Assembly (NCBI GenBank): GCA_938021685.1
Contig: CALIFM010000185.1
Coordinates: forward strand, 1-31,818
DNA length: 31,818 bases
Source: an uncultured Gammaproteobacteria bacterium
GTDB taxonomy: Bacteria; Pseudomonadota; Gammaproteobacteria; Arenicellales; Poriferihabitantaceae
Direction of reading: 5' to 3'
Position numbers and translations under genes: made by a program. Position 1 is the first letter of the stretch. Each line of letters begins with the position of its first letter. The notes beneath the pieces are model-generated. The model worked only from the letters and a program-made list of their open reading frames with translations. It was not told the origin of the DNA and did no database searches. Below, piece after piece: positions 1-9,628 of this stretch.

Positions 1-30
1 TAATAATACAAACAAATTGCAAAGGAAACA

Positions 31-1008
31 CTATTTGAAACATGTTAACAAACTCAGACTTGATTCATAGTTAAGCATAGTGCGCACTTTAGAATTATCA
101 AACTGACGGTCTTTGGTATAAAAGCCCACTCGTCGTCGATAGATTGGGGGTTGAATCCCTAGCGGTGTGCAAATTGCTTTAGATACATCGGCGGCCAAGA
201 AAAAGGGCCAAATGGGCAAGCGAATGGTGCGCGGGGTTTTGCCAATGGCGCGGCCAATAGATTTGCCCATCTCGATGATGGAGATGGGCTCATCGGCGGC
301 AGCGATGAAAATTTCTGATGCAGCCTTATCGCTGGTGGCCGCCAGCATAAACACATTAACCAAATCTTCAACGTGCACTAAATGATACATGCCCTTGCCG
401 CTGCCGAGCATCAAGGTGAAGCCGCGGTCGGCCATTTTGAAAAACTTCAGTAAGCGTTTGTCGCCCGGGCCATAAATGGGCGTGGGACGTACGATGCTGT
501 AAGGGAAGTTATTTTCTTTGGCAAATTCAGCCAACCACAGTTCGCCTTCTAGTTTAGTGCGCTGATAACCGTCACCCGGTGCAAAGCGGTAGGTTTCATC
601 AGCGCGGTCAACTTCAATGTGGCCATGTACGCCTACCGTTGAAACGTGCAAAAAACGCTTAAACTCAGGGCGGCCTAGCAGTAGCTTAGCTAAAATCTGG
701 GTGCTGTAAACATGCACTTTGCGGTAGTCTTCGTCGGTGGCTTTTTCTTCATTAAAGGCCGCTGCGACATGAAACACATAATGCACGCCTTTGGCTGCTT
801 CAGTGAGCACGGCTTCGTCAAACACGTCGCCGTGTATCCACGTAATGTCGAGGTTGCTTAGACCGCTTAGGTCGGACGATTCGCGCGCAATACAGCGCAA
901 GTTGGCGCCCGCTGCCGCTAATTTATGACACAAAGCTTGGCCCGTAAAGCCGGTTGCGCCCGTGACCAAAACGGTTTGGTCTTTAAATTTTTTCAACACT
1001 TCTTGCAC
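31..1008 (-). CDS. NAD-dependent epimerase/dehydratase (extended SDR); C-terminus possibly truncated
   Basis: Rossmann motif VLVTGATGFTG, HVAA, VSTVGVHG, catalytic YQRTK (YxxxK), RPTPIYGPGD; ends abruptly after LNYES in AT-rich sequence. Confidence 0.88.
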   Translation of the reverse strand: MQEVLKKFKDQTVLVTGATGFTGQALCHKLAAAGANLRCIARESSDLSGLSNLDITWIHGDVFDEAVLTEAAKGVHYVFHVAAAFNEEKATDEDYRKVHVYSTQILAKLLLGRPEFKRFLHVSTVGVHGHIEVDRADETYRFAPGDGYQRTKLEGELWLAEFAKENNFPYSIVRPTPIYGPGDKRLLKFFKMADRGFTLMLGSGKGMYHLVHVEDLVNVFMLAATSDKAASEIFIAAADEPISIIEMGKSIGRAIGKTPRTIRLPIWPFFLAADVSKAICTPLGIQPPIYRRRVGFYTKDRQFDNSKVRTMLNYESSLSLLTCFK

Positions 1009-1079
1009 TGTGTGTGATCGCTTTATTTAAAACACGCGAATTCTACACTAAAGCTAGCCCAGCACCTTAGGTTTTCTGT

Positions 1080-1787
1080 GTGTATACAGCCCAATTAAAA
1101 TTTGTTTATGTTGGTCTTAAGACCTCTTACCTCTGCCTGCAGACGCGGTACAATCGCACAAGTTTAAATTTGACGCTGTCTAGATTTTTGCAATATCCTG
1201 ATTTTAGCTCGCTGGTTTTTGACCATACTCAGCACCCACCCATTGCACACCCGTCAGGCGATGTGTGGCTGTTTGGTTATGGTTCATTAATGTGGAAGCC
1301 TGAATTTGATTATTTGGAGTCAGCCCCAGCGCGCCTGTATGGCTTTCACCGCAAGCTGTGCTTGTGGTCGGTGGAATACCGCGGTGATGTCAGCCAACCA
1401 GGCTTAGTGATGGGGTTGGATCGCGGTGGTTCTTGTGCAGGGATGGCATTTAAATTGTGCGAAAGTCGGGTGGGGGTCATTATGCCGCCGCTCAACCGCC
1501 GCGAAATGATTACAGGGGCCTATGAGTCAGTAATAAAGAAATTATATTTACAAGATGGTCGCTGTGTAAATGCGGTCACCTTGATCGCCAGACAAGGCCA
1601 TCCGCAATATGTGCAGCCGCCATTAAGCACTGCACAAACCGCCGAGATCGTAAGCAAAGCACGTGGCAAAATGGGGCCAAATGTTGATTATGTATTTAAT
1701 ACCTTAAGCCACCTGCGGGAGTTGGGTATTCACGACCGCCGCTTAGAAGCGTTGGCTGCCTTGTTAGAAGGAGGAAGCAATCAGTGA
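1080..1787 (+). CDS. chaC: ChaC-family glutathione-specific gamma-glutamylcyclotransferase; true start probably downstream of 1080
   Basis: WLFGYGSLMWKP, YRGDVSQPGLVMGLDRGGSC, RREM with conserved Glu, GPNVDYV; the first ~50 aa of the ORF do not look like part of the domain. Confidence 0.88.
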   Translation: MYTAQLKFVYVGLKTSYLCLQTRYNRTSLNLTLSRFLQYPDFSSLVFDHTQHPPIAHPSGDVWLFGYGSLMWKPEFDYLESAPARLYGFHRKLCLWSVEYRGDVSQPGLVMGLDRGGSCAGMAFKLCESRVGVIMPPLNRREMITGAYESVIKKLYLQDGRCVNAVTLIARQGHPQYVQPPLSTAQTAEIVSKARGKMGPNVDYVFNTLSHLRELGIHDRRLEALAALLEGGSNQ

Positions 1788-1817
1788 TGTACTCTTGTAG
1801 TAATCCAAGTTGCCGTT

Positions 1818-2867
1818 GTGGATAGCTTAAGCCAACTTGCCTTAGGCAGTGCCGTTGCTTATGTGGTGGCGGGCAAGCAAGCGCCGCGTTTGGCTTTAGT
1901 CGCGGGCGCTACGCTTGGCACACTGCCTGACTTAGATGTAATGGTGAAGTATGTCGATCCCATGCAAGACATGATACGGCATCGTACTTGGTCGCATTCT
2001 TGGTTGGTGCAAACAGCCGTGTCACCGCTGCTGGCGTGGGGTGCGCAGCGGCTGTGGCCGCAGCTAAGTTTTGCCCGTTGGTGGTGCTTGGTTTGGCTGT
2101 GTTTGATCACTCACAGCATGTTGGATGCCTTTACTGTGTACGGCACAGCAGTATGGTGGCCGTTGCCATTACTTAACGTGATGCAAGGTTCTATATTTAT
2201 TATCGACCCGCTGTTCACGGTGCCATTAGTGGCTGCTGTGGTGCTGGCCTGGCGCAGGCACAAAGCGCCGCCCGACAAGCTTAAAAAAGCAAGAAAGTGG
2301 GTGACTTTAGGTCTTGGTTTAAGCTGTGTGTATTTGCTTTGGGGTCTTATAGCCCAGCAGCATATGTTGGGGCGCTTAAGCCAGCAGCTGGCGCAGCAAG
2401 GTATCAATGCTGAGCAAACATTGGCTATGCCTATGCCGTTTAATTCGCTGCTTTGGCGTGTGATGGCCATTGATGGTGATACCTATGTAGAAGGCGTTGC
2501 TTCGGTGCTAGATGAAAACTCCACTATTGCTTTAGACGCGCATCCGCGTCATTTTGCAGGTGCATCTTCAATGGATGATTTGCCCAGCTTTAATGACTAT
2601 AAGCGCTTTTCTCATGGCTTTTACCGCTTAGACGAGGTGGATGGTGAAGCCGTGATTCGTGACTTGCGCATGGGCTATACGCCGTATTTTGTTTTCCAGT
2701 TTGTGCTGGCGCAAAAAGTAGCGGATCGTTTTATTGGTGTGCCGCCGCGTACGGCGGATGGCCCAGTATTTACGCTGCATCATTTTGGTCAGCTATTGTC
2801 AGGCACAATTAAGCGCATTTTTAATCAAGATCAACCAATCCATATAACGCCGCCGCCGGAGAGCTAA
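1818..2867 (+). CDS. YdjM-family inner-membrane metal-dependent hydrolase
   Basis: MDSLSQLALG start, LPDLD, HRTWSHS, HSMLDAFTVYGT, IFIIDPLFT, several hydrophobic helices. Confidence 0.85.
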   Translation: MDSLSQLALGSAVAYVVAGKQAPRLALVAGATLGTLPDLDVMVKYVDPMQDMIRHRTWSHSWLVQTAVSPLLAWGAQRLWPQLSFARWWCLVWLCLITHSMLDAFTVYGTAVWWPLPLLNVMQGSIFIIDPLFTVPLVAAVVLAWRRHKAPPDKLKKARKWVTLGLGLSCVYLLWGLIAQQHMLGRLSQQLAQQGINAEQTLAMPMPFNSLLWRVMAIDGDTYVEGVASVLDENSTIALDAHPRHFAGASSMDDLPSFNDYKRFSHGFYRLDEVDGEAVIRDLRMGYTPYFVFQFVLAQKVADRFIGVPPRTADGPVFTLHHFGQLLSGTIKRIFNQDQPIHITPPPES

Positions 2868-2928
2868 AAATAAACGCTGTGTGAAAAATCGCCTATACTT
2901 ATAGGCTGGATATTCAAATTAAAGCCAC

Positions 2929-4053
2929 ATGAGAATTGAAGAAGACAACAAGCTCGATTACAAAAGCGTGCTCATTCGCCCTAAGCGCAGCACCTTGGGC
3001 AGCCGCAAAGAAGTAGACTTATACCGCGAGTTTAGTTTTCGCAATGGTGCGCCTGATATAAAGCGGCCGCACTATAATGGTGTGCCATTAATGGCCTCGA
3101 ATATGGATGGAGTGGGCACTTTTGAAATGGCTGATGCCTTGAGTGAGCACGGTATATTCACTTGCTTAGTTAAAAGTTACTCGGCAGAAGACTTGATCGA
3201 TTTTTTTAATAAAGCGAATGCCCAGCGTATTGATAATGTTGCGTATTCAATGGGTATCGCCAAGCGCGACTATGAGAAGTTTAAGCAGGTTTATAAAGCC
3301 AAAGGTGTGCACTTAAAATACGTTTGCGTGGACGTAGCCAATGGCTATTCCGAAGGCTTTTCAGCTTTCATCAAAAAGCTGCGCAAAAACTACGCCGACA
3401 TTGTCATTATTGCAGGTAATGTGGTCACGGGTGAGATGACGGAGGAGCTGCTGTTAAGCGGTGCTGATATCATCAAGGTGGGCATTGGCCCCGGCAGTGT
3501 ATGCACTACACGCATCAAAACTGGAGTGGGTTTTCCGCAGTTATCGGCTGTGATTGAGTGCGCCGATGCCGCACATGGTTTGGGTGGTCACGTGATTGCC
3601 GATGGCGGTTGCACCTGTCCAGGCGACGTAGCCAAAGCGTTTGCAGCGGGTGCTGACTTTGTAATGTTAGGGGGCATGTTAGCTGGGCATGACGAGGGCG
3701 GTGGCGAAGTGATTACGCAATACTACAAAACCGGCGAAGTGCAAAAGGCTGCAGACGGTTGGCAGGACGTGATCGAAGAACGTAAGTTTGTGCAGTTTTA
3801 TGGCATGAGCTCAAAGGCAGCTAACGACAAGCATTTTGGGGGGCTAAAAGAATATCGCTCGTCTGAAGGCCGTGATGTGTTAGTACCGTATCGTGGGCAA
3901 GTGGCCACCACGGTGCTGGACATACTGGGTGGCATCCGTAGCACCTGCACTTATGCTGGGGCTAAGAAGCTTAAATGGCTGAGCAAATGCACCACATTTG
4001 TGAAAGTGCAAGAGCAGTACAACGCTGTTTTTTCAGCCACGGACAAGGTCTAG
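2929..4053 (+). CDS. guaC: GMP reductase
   Basis: [44 protein letters not shown] (catalytic Cys), FYGMSS, YRSSEG; no CBS pair, as expected for GMPR rather than IMPDH. Confidence 0.95.
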   Translation: MRIEEDNKLDYKSVLIRPKRSTLGSRKEVDLYREFSFRNGAPDIKRPHYNGVPLMASNMDGVGTFEMADALSEHGIFTCLVKSYSAEDLIDFFNKANAQRIDNVAYSMGIAKRDYEKFKQVYKAKGVHLKYVCVDVANGYSEGFSAFIKKLRKNYADIVIIAGNVVTGEMTEELLLSGADIIKVGIGPGSVCTTRIKTGVGFPQLSAVIECADAAHGLGGHVIADGGCTCPGDVAKAFAAGADFVMLGGMLAGHDEGGGEVITQYYKTGEVQKAADGWQDVIEERKFVQFYGMSSKAANDKHFGGLKEYRSSEGRDVLVPYRGQVATTVLDILGGIRSTCTYAGAKKLKWLSKCTTFVKVQEQYNAVFSATDKV

Positions 4054-4076
4054 TAGTTACACGGTTGGGTAATACA

Positions 4077-4790
4077 ATGAAGCGCAAGGTGTTAGTGGTT
4101 GAGGATGATCCAGACATTGGCAATTTGCTACAAATGCACCTTGAGGATGCTGATTGTGAAGTTAAACTTGCAAGCACGGGCCCGGATGGAGTGAAGGTAT
4201 TTAGCGAATGGCAGCCAGACTTAGTGGTGTTGGATATAATGCTGCCGCAGATGGATGGTCTCAGTGTGTGCCGTGAAATGCGTAAACAAAACGAAGCGGT
4301 GGCGATTTTGATGCTGACAGCTAAATCTACTGAACTAGACCGCGTGTTGGGTCTAGAGATGGGCGCAGATGACTATCTTACCAAGCCGTTTAGCCTGGCT
4401 GAATTGATGGCGCGGGTCAAGGCGTTATTTCGGCGTAGTGATGCTTTGCTTAAAGCGCAAGAACACCAAGACAAGCAAAGCAGTGAGCAGGTGGTGCTGA
4501 CACGGGGCCGCTTACAGATCGACACCCAAAAACATCAAGCAATTATTGATAGCAAGGTGGTTGAATTGACTGCACGTGAATTTGATTTGCTGCTGTATTT
4601 AGCTCAGCACCCTGGGCGAGTGTATTCGCGTGCACAGCTGCTGGATGCAGTGTGGGGCTATGACCATGACGGCTATGAGCACACTGTCAACACCCATATC
4701 AATCGCCTGCGTAATAAAATTGAATCTAATCTTTCTGAGCCTGAGTTTGTGCACACCGTGTGGGGTGTCGGCTATAAATTTGCCGAATGA
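4077..4790 (+). CDS. OmpR-family response regulator (start reassigned from 3975 to ATG 4077)
   Basis: VLVVEDD, LVVLDIMLP (phospho-Asp), MLTAK, GADDYLTKPF, winged helix TVNTHINRLRNKIE and TVWGVGYKF; the 3975 start would overlap guaC by 79 nt. Confidence 0.95.
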   Translation: MKRKVLVVEDDPDIGNLLQMHLEDADCEVKLASTGPDGVKVFSEWQPDLVVLDIMLPQMDGLSVCREMRKQNEAVAILMLTAKSTELDRVLGLEMGADDYLTKPFSLAELMARVKALFRRSDALLKAQEHQDKQSSEQVVLTRGRLQIDTQKHQAIIDSKVVELTAREFDLLLYLAQHPGRVYSRAQLLDAVWGYDHDGYEHTVNTHINRLRNKIESNLSEPEFVHTVWGVGYKFAE

Positions 4791-6253
4791 AGGCGTTTAG
4801 TTCTTTATTTGCTAAGTTGTCGATTGGCCTTGCTGCTTTGCTGCTGCTGGTGGGTCTGTTGTATGTTTTTTTAAGCGGCTTGGCCGCGCAGCGCTATGTT
4901 GAGCATTTAAGCCAAGACTTGCACCGCTCCTTAGCTGATAACTTAGTGGCCGACAAAAACTTGGTGCAACAGGGGCGCTTAAATCAAGACGCGTTAAAAG
5001 AAACCTTTCGTCAGTACATGGTGGTCAACCCCAGCATCGAGATTTACTTGTTGGACTTGCAGGGCGGCCTGATCGCTTATTCAGCTGACCCAGGCAAGGT
5101 TAAGCGAGAGAAGGTTTCTTTGCGGCCTATTTTTGCTTTCTTAGATGGCTCGGAGCAATATCCACTGGGAGATGACCCGCGTAGCCACGACAAGAAAAAG
5201 CCATTTTCAGTCACTACCGTGCCGAGCGCCGATCAGCCAGAAGGTTATTTATATGTGGTATTGCGCGGCGAGCAATTTGATGAAATTGAGAAAATGGCAC
5301 ACGACAACTACTTTAGGCGTCTAAGCGGCTGGGCTGTGGCCGCCAGCTTATTGGTAGGCTTGTTGACGGGCTTAGCGGTGTTTTATTGGTTGACCCGCCG
5401 CTTGCGTGGTTTGAGCCAGCAGATGGAGCACTTTGAGCATACCGATACGCCGCCGCAAGCCTTGCTGAATGACCACAGCGGCGATGAGATCGACCACATC
5501 AACCGCACTTTTAAGCGCATGGCACAGCGCATACGCTTGCAGCTCGATCAGCTAGAGGACAAAGATATCCAGCGCCGCCAGCTGGTGGCACAGGTGTCCC
5601 ACGATTTGCGCACCCCACTGGCCTCGATGCTGGGTTACATTGAGTCGCTAGAATTAAAACATGATCGCTTAAGCGTAGAGCAGCAACAGTCGTTTTTAGC
5701 GATCGCACATAAGCAAGGTAAGCGCCTTAGCCGTATGATTGAATCCTTGTTTGAGCTTTCCAGTCTAGAAGCACGTGAAACTGAGCCATTGCATGAAACC
5801 TTTATGCCTGCCGAGTGGCTGCATGATGTGGCGCAAAAGCACCGTATCCGCGCCGAAGCGCAAGGGGTGACAATTGAGGTGGACATTCAACACGCCAATT
5901 TATTGGCTGAAGCGGACTTATCCCTGCTAGAGCGCGTGATGGATAACTTAATAGACAATGCGCTGAGCCATGCAAATGATGCGCAATCCTTATCCTTATC
6001 TCTGGCGGACGATGGCGAGCAAGTAGCCATTGCGGTGACAGACCAAGGGCAAGGAATCGACCCGCAGCAGCTTGCAACCTTATTTGAACCTTTTGCACGT
6101 GGCGATACTCAAAATAATGAGCGCCACCATGCGGGCTTGGGTTTGGCCATTGCTAAACGCATTATGCTGTTACTGGGTGGCGACATCCGTATTGAGAGCC
6201 AGCTTGGAAAAGGCTCGGTGTTTACCTTATTACTACCTAAGGCGACAAAATAG
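4787..6253 (+). CDS. Sensor histidine kinase (TM-periplasmic-TM-HAMP-HisKA-HATPase)
   Basis: 4-nt overlap with regulator; two TM segments; H-box VSHDLRTPL, N-box NLIDNAL, G1 DQGQGI, FEPF, G2 GLGLAI. Confidence 0.95.
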   Translation: MKAFSSLFAKLSIGLAALLLLVGLLYVFLSGLAAQRYVEHLSQDLHRSLADNLVADKNLVQQGRLNQDALKETFRQYMVVNPSIEIYLLDLQGGLIAYSADPGKVKREKVSLRPIFAFLDGSEQYPLGDDPRSHDKKKPFSVTTVPSADQPEGYLYVVLRGEQFDEIEKMAHDNYFRRLSGWAVAASLLVGLLTGLAVFYWLTRRLRGLSQQMEHFEHTDTPPQALLNDHSGDEIDHINRTFKRMAQRIRLQLDQLEDKDIQRRQLVAQVSHDLRTPLASMLGYIESLELKHDRLSVEQQQSFLAIAHKQGKRLSRMIESLFELSSLEARETEPLHETFMPAEWLHDVAQKHRIRAEAQGVTIEVDIQHANLLAEADLSLLERVMDNLIDNALSHANDAQSLSLSLADDGEQVAIAVTDQGQGIDPQQLATLFEPFARGDTQNNERHHAGLGLAIAKRIMLLLGGDIRIESQLGKGSVFTLLLPKATK

Positions 6254-6268
6254 ATGGATAAAGTAACG

Positions 6269-6324
6269 ATGTTATAAATTTGTTAAGACTTTGTGAGGCG
6301 CTTGTCATACCTTAGGCTTACATT
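6269..6324 (+). promoter_or_regulatory. Four 11-bp-phased direct repeats (OmpR/PhoB/ArcA-type binding array) plus putative -10 element upstream of msrAB
   Basis: ATGTTATAAAT / TTGTTAAGACT / TTGTGAGGCGC / TTGTCATACCT with TGT at 6270, 6281, 6292, 6303; TACATT at 6319-6324 lies 10 nt after TTGTCAT. Confidence 0.65.
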
Positions 6325-6333
6325 AATCGGCAA

Positions 6334-7533
6334 ATGATTAACAAACAAATTATTATAGATATGAGCATGAACAGTATTAGTATGAATGGAAAGTGGAAAC
6401 CCGTTGCGTTGGCCTTAGTTGGCATTGGTGTGGCATGCGGTTTATCAACCAACACCATTACTGCGGGACAAACAACGGCAGCCGAAGGCCAAGCCACTGC
6501 GATTTTTGCGGGCGGCTGTTTTTGGTGCGTGGAAGCAGGCTTTGAAAAGGTGCCAGGCGTGATTGATGCCGTTTCAGGCTATACAGGCGGCATGGCTGAA
6601 AATCCCACTTATCGCCAAGTGGCCAGCGGCCAAACCAAGCACACTGAGGCGGTGAAGGTGATTTATGATCCGGAACAAATAACTTACGACGAATTGCTGG
6701 ACGCCTTTTGGAAGCAATTTGACCCAACTGATAACGAAGGCTCGTTTGTAGACCGTGGCCAGCAGTATCGTCCTGGTATTTTTTATGCAAGCGAAGAAGA
6801 GCGAGAATTGGCGCAAGCTTCGCGTGATAAGCTGGATGCTTCGGGGCGGTTTGAAAAGCCCATCGTCACCGAGATTACGGCAGCCACAGCATTTTATGAT
6901 GCCGAGGACTACCACCAAGACTATTACAAAAAGAATGCTTTACGCTATAAGTATTACCGTAAAGGTTCGGGGCGTGATCAATTCTTAACGCGTGTGTGGG
7001 GCGATGAGCTGAATGCAACGCCGACCAAGAAAGTATCCAAAGCTAAAGAAGCGGCTGCAACCATTAAAAAAGACCCTGAAATGAGCAAAAAATACACCAA
7101 GCCCAGTGACGAAGAGCTGAAAGCCAAGCTCAGCCCAATGGAATACAAAGTGACACAGCATGAAGGCACTGAGCCGCCGTTTAGCAGTGATTACCACGAT
7201 AGTAAAGAAGAAGGTATTTATGTTGATATTGTCTCCGGTGAGCCGTTATTTTCATCGGTGCATAAGTATGACTCAGGCACAGGTTGGCCAAGCTTTGATC
7301 GCCCGATTGATGAGCAATTTGTGGCGACTAAAAAAGACTTTAAACTGATTTTGCCGCGCACAGAAGTACGCAGTGTATATGGTGACTCACATCTAGGTCA
7401 TGTATTTAAAGATGGCCCATCCGCTACTACGGGCTTGCGCTATTGCATCAATGCAGCTTCATTACGTTTTGTGCCTAAAGATGAATTGGTTGCGCAAGGC
7501 TATGGTGAGTATGCAGGCCAATTTTCAGAGTAG
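6334..7533 (+). CDS. msrAB: Bifunctional peptide-methionine sulfoxide reductase MsrA-MsrB with N-terminal export signal (start may be ATG 6361, 6367 or 6382)
   Basis: MsrA: [31 protein letters not shown]; MsrB: [39 protein letters not shown]; basic plus hydrophobic N-terminus. Confidence 0.95.
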   Translation: MINKQIIIDMSMNSISMNGKWKPVALALVGIGVACGLSTNTITAGQTTAAEGQATAIFAGGCFWCVEAGFEKVPGVIDAVSGYTGGMAENPTYRQVASGQTKHTEAVKVIYDPEQITYDELLDAFWKQFDPTDNEGSFVDRGQQYRPGIFYASEEERELAQASRDKLDASGRFEKPIVTEITAATAFYDAEDYHQDYYKKNALRYKYYRKGSGRDQFLTRVWGDELNATPTKKVSKAKEAAATIKKDPEMSKKYTKPSDEELKAKLSPMEYKVTQHEGTEPPFSSDYHDSKEEGIYVDIVSGEPLFSSVHKYDSGTGWPSFDRPIDEQFVATKKDFKLILPRTEVRSVYGDSHLGHVFKDGPSATTGLRYCINAASLRFVPKDELVAQGYGEYAGQFSE

Positions 7534-8331
7534 GTGATGATGAATACCATTAACACTGCCACTTCTGGAGGAGAGCGCCGTCGTTTTTCATTAGGACTTG
7601 CTCTTGCTGGTGCCTTAGCCTTAAGCGGGCAAAGTGCGCTGGCAGGTAAGCAAGTGATTACCAGTGGCACGACTAAAGCTTCGGTGGTTGAGTTATACAC
7701 CTCGGAGGGCTGCAGCAGTTGCCCGCCTGCGGATGATTATTTAAGCAAGCTAGAAGCCGCAATGGGTAGCGAAGTACAAGTGATGCCATTAGCCTTTCAT
7801 GTGGATTACTGGGATTACTTAGGCTGGAAAGACCCGTTTTCTAAGGCGCAATTTACCCAGCGCCAGCGCGAGATTGGTGCGATCAACAAGCAACGCACCA
7901 TTTATACACCCGAGCTGGTTGTCGATGGCAAAGAGGCGCGTAAACTCAATATGGTGAAAGCCATTGAAGAGACTAATGCCATGCAGGCGCAAGCGGATAT
8001 TCGTTTAGAGCTGGACCACAGTGGTCAACAACTGGCAGCGAATATTACTGTGGACAATGCGCCTGAGGGCCAAGCGAATGTGCTGTATGTGGCGGTATAT
8101 GAAAACAAGCTGGTTCGCGATATTGAAGCAGGTGAAAACCGCGGCCGCAAGCTACATCACAACTACGTGGTGCGTGAATTTCATGGTCCTAGCAAAGTGC
8201 ATAACGGCAAAGTCGTTAATATGAACCTAGCGATCGACCCAAGTTGGAACACGCAGAACCTCGGTGTGGTGGTGATGGTGAAAGCAAAAAACACCGGCGA
8301 GACTTTGCAAGCAGTGCGAGCCATCCTATAA
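7534..8331 (+). CDS. DUF1223-family exported thioredoxin-like CxxC protein
   Basis: VVELYTSEGCSSCPPAD, LAFHVDYWDYLGWKDPF, IYTPELVVDG, GENRGRKLHHNYVVR; RRRF plus hydrophobic leader; abuts the msrAB stop codon. Confidence 0.88.
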   Translation: MMMNTINTATSGGERRRFSLGLALAGALALSGQSALAGKQVITSGTTKASVVELYTSEGCSSCPPADDYLSKLEAAMGSEVQVMPLAFHVDYWDYLGWKDPFSKAQFTQRQREIGAINKQRTIYTPELVVDGKEARKLNMVKAIEETNAMQAQADIRLELDHSGQQLAANITVDNAPEGQANVLYVAVYENKLVRDIEAGENRGRKLHHNYVVREFHGPSKVHNGKVVNMNLAIDPSWNTQNLGVVVMVKAKNTGETLQAVRAIL

Positions 8332-8353
8332 AGTAGTTGCTGGCGGCTAAATA

Positions 8354-9625
8354 TTAGGGCTTCACCAAGGGAGTGTTTTCCAGCAAGCTATTGTAATGGT
8401 TTTTCACTTTGCTCATGTCGATGCCATTCAGAAACGACGAATACGCTAAATAGCTCAGTAAAAAACGTTTATCGGTAGCCCACGGCGGCAAGTATTTGGG
8501 CATTTTCAATAAGCCATCGTTGGCTAAATTGCACAACATGGGAATATCTTCCAGGTCCAGTTTGCCGCAAAACAACAGCGGCAAGCAATCCACCCGCTTA
8601 GTGGCGACAATGGCGCGGAAGAAATTGTGCACCCGCACCAAGCCATCAAGATAAACATTGTCTTTAGTAAATGGTGCGCCGCCAGTCAGCACGCCGCCGC
8701 GAAACACCCGACGAGTATTTTCAAAAGCTTGCTCGGTGTTTTCTACGTGCTTTAAAAAATAGCGGTACACCTCGATAAAATCCGCGCCGTCGATGGCCAT
8801 TTGAATACCCAGCACGCGATCGGATAAACGTCTCATGCGGTCGATATCCATGGTGCCGGTGATGAATTCGGCAAACACCGCCAAACCTTCTTGAGTGCGG
8901 GTGGTGCCGGGGTGGCTGGCGGCCAGCATCGGTAGCTCAGTCTGCGCTAGGCCGTTCAAGGAGGTGCCCACGTGAATGTAAGCCTCGTGGTTGATGAGCT
9001 GCACAATGTCGCGATCGGTAAAACAAGCAGTACGTTTGATGCGAATGCGTTTTGCACCCGCTAAAGCATTGGCGGATAAATTATCTTCAATTAATACAGC
9101 TGGTGCGCTATCGCCAAAGGCATCGCTAACCGCTTGACGCATCTGTTGCGCAACGTTTTCGGCTAAATGGCAGGCGTCGTCAGGTGCGCCTAGGTCAATG
9201 GTAGCGAATGACTCAATCAGCGAATCAAACTGCTTGGCTAAGGTTAAAGAAGTGGCCATGCCGTCGGTTAAGGGCGTATTCGGTGTGCCGTAAAGCTGTT
9301 GTGAGTAGTCAAAGAATGCGCGGGTGCCGCTGTTAGCTAGGATATGCGCGCTGGTTTCAAGCGCCTTTGCTTGTCGTTGTAGCCATGGCTGCGCTTCATG
9401 GCCTGTTAGTGCATCAAGCTCGGGCTGAATGGCGGTTAATTGCTCTAGGGTGTTGCTGGGGTCAAACTTTGGGTACTCCACGCTGGGCAGCTTTTGCGCA
9501 TTGTTTGCGAAAAAGGCATCGCGCACCTGCGGTGGCCAGCTGATATGGCGCAAAATGCGAATGCTTTTTGATGCCTTATACAGCTGCTTGCTGAGTTGCG
9601 AAATCTGTTGGTGATCGGGTTGCAT
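8354..9625 (-). CDS. QEGLA-motif / DUF1704 metallopeptidase (MATCAP-related fold)
   Basis: HEAYIH (HExxxH), TRTQEGLAVFAE, RVFRGG, FTKDNVYLDG. Confidence 0.88.
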   Translation of the reverse strand: MQPDHQQISQLSKQLYKASKSIRILRHISWPPQVRDAFFANNAQKLPSVEYPKFDPSNTLEQLTAIQPELDALTGHEAQPWLQRQAKALETSAHILANSGTRAFFDYSQQLYGTPNTPLTDGMATSLTLAKQFDSLIESFATIDLGAPDDACHLAENVAQQMRQAVSDAFGDSAPAVLIEDNLSANALAGAKRIRIKRTACFTDRDIVQLINHEAYIHVGTSLNGLAQTELPMLAASHPGTTRTQEGLAVFAEFITGTMDIDRMRRLSDRVLGIQMAIDGADFIEVYRYFLKHVENTEQAFENTRRVFRGGVLTGGAPFTKDNVYLDGLVRVHNFFRAIVATKRVDCLPLLFCGKLDLEDIPMLCNLANDGLLKMPKYLPPWATDKRFLLSYLAYSSFLNGIDMSKVKNHYNSLLENTPLVKP

Positions 9626-9628
9626 CTC

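Noticed and set aside
2929-4053. Insertion before FYGMSS in guaC relative to the E. coli enzyme
   Set aside because: Falls in the variable flap region and all catalytic motifs are intact; ordinary family variation.
3975-4076. 34-aa N-terminal extension of the response regulator in the ORF track
   Set aside because: Overlaps the guaC 3' end; the receiver domain starts cleanly at ATG 4077.
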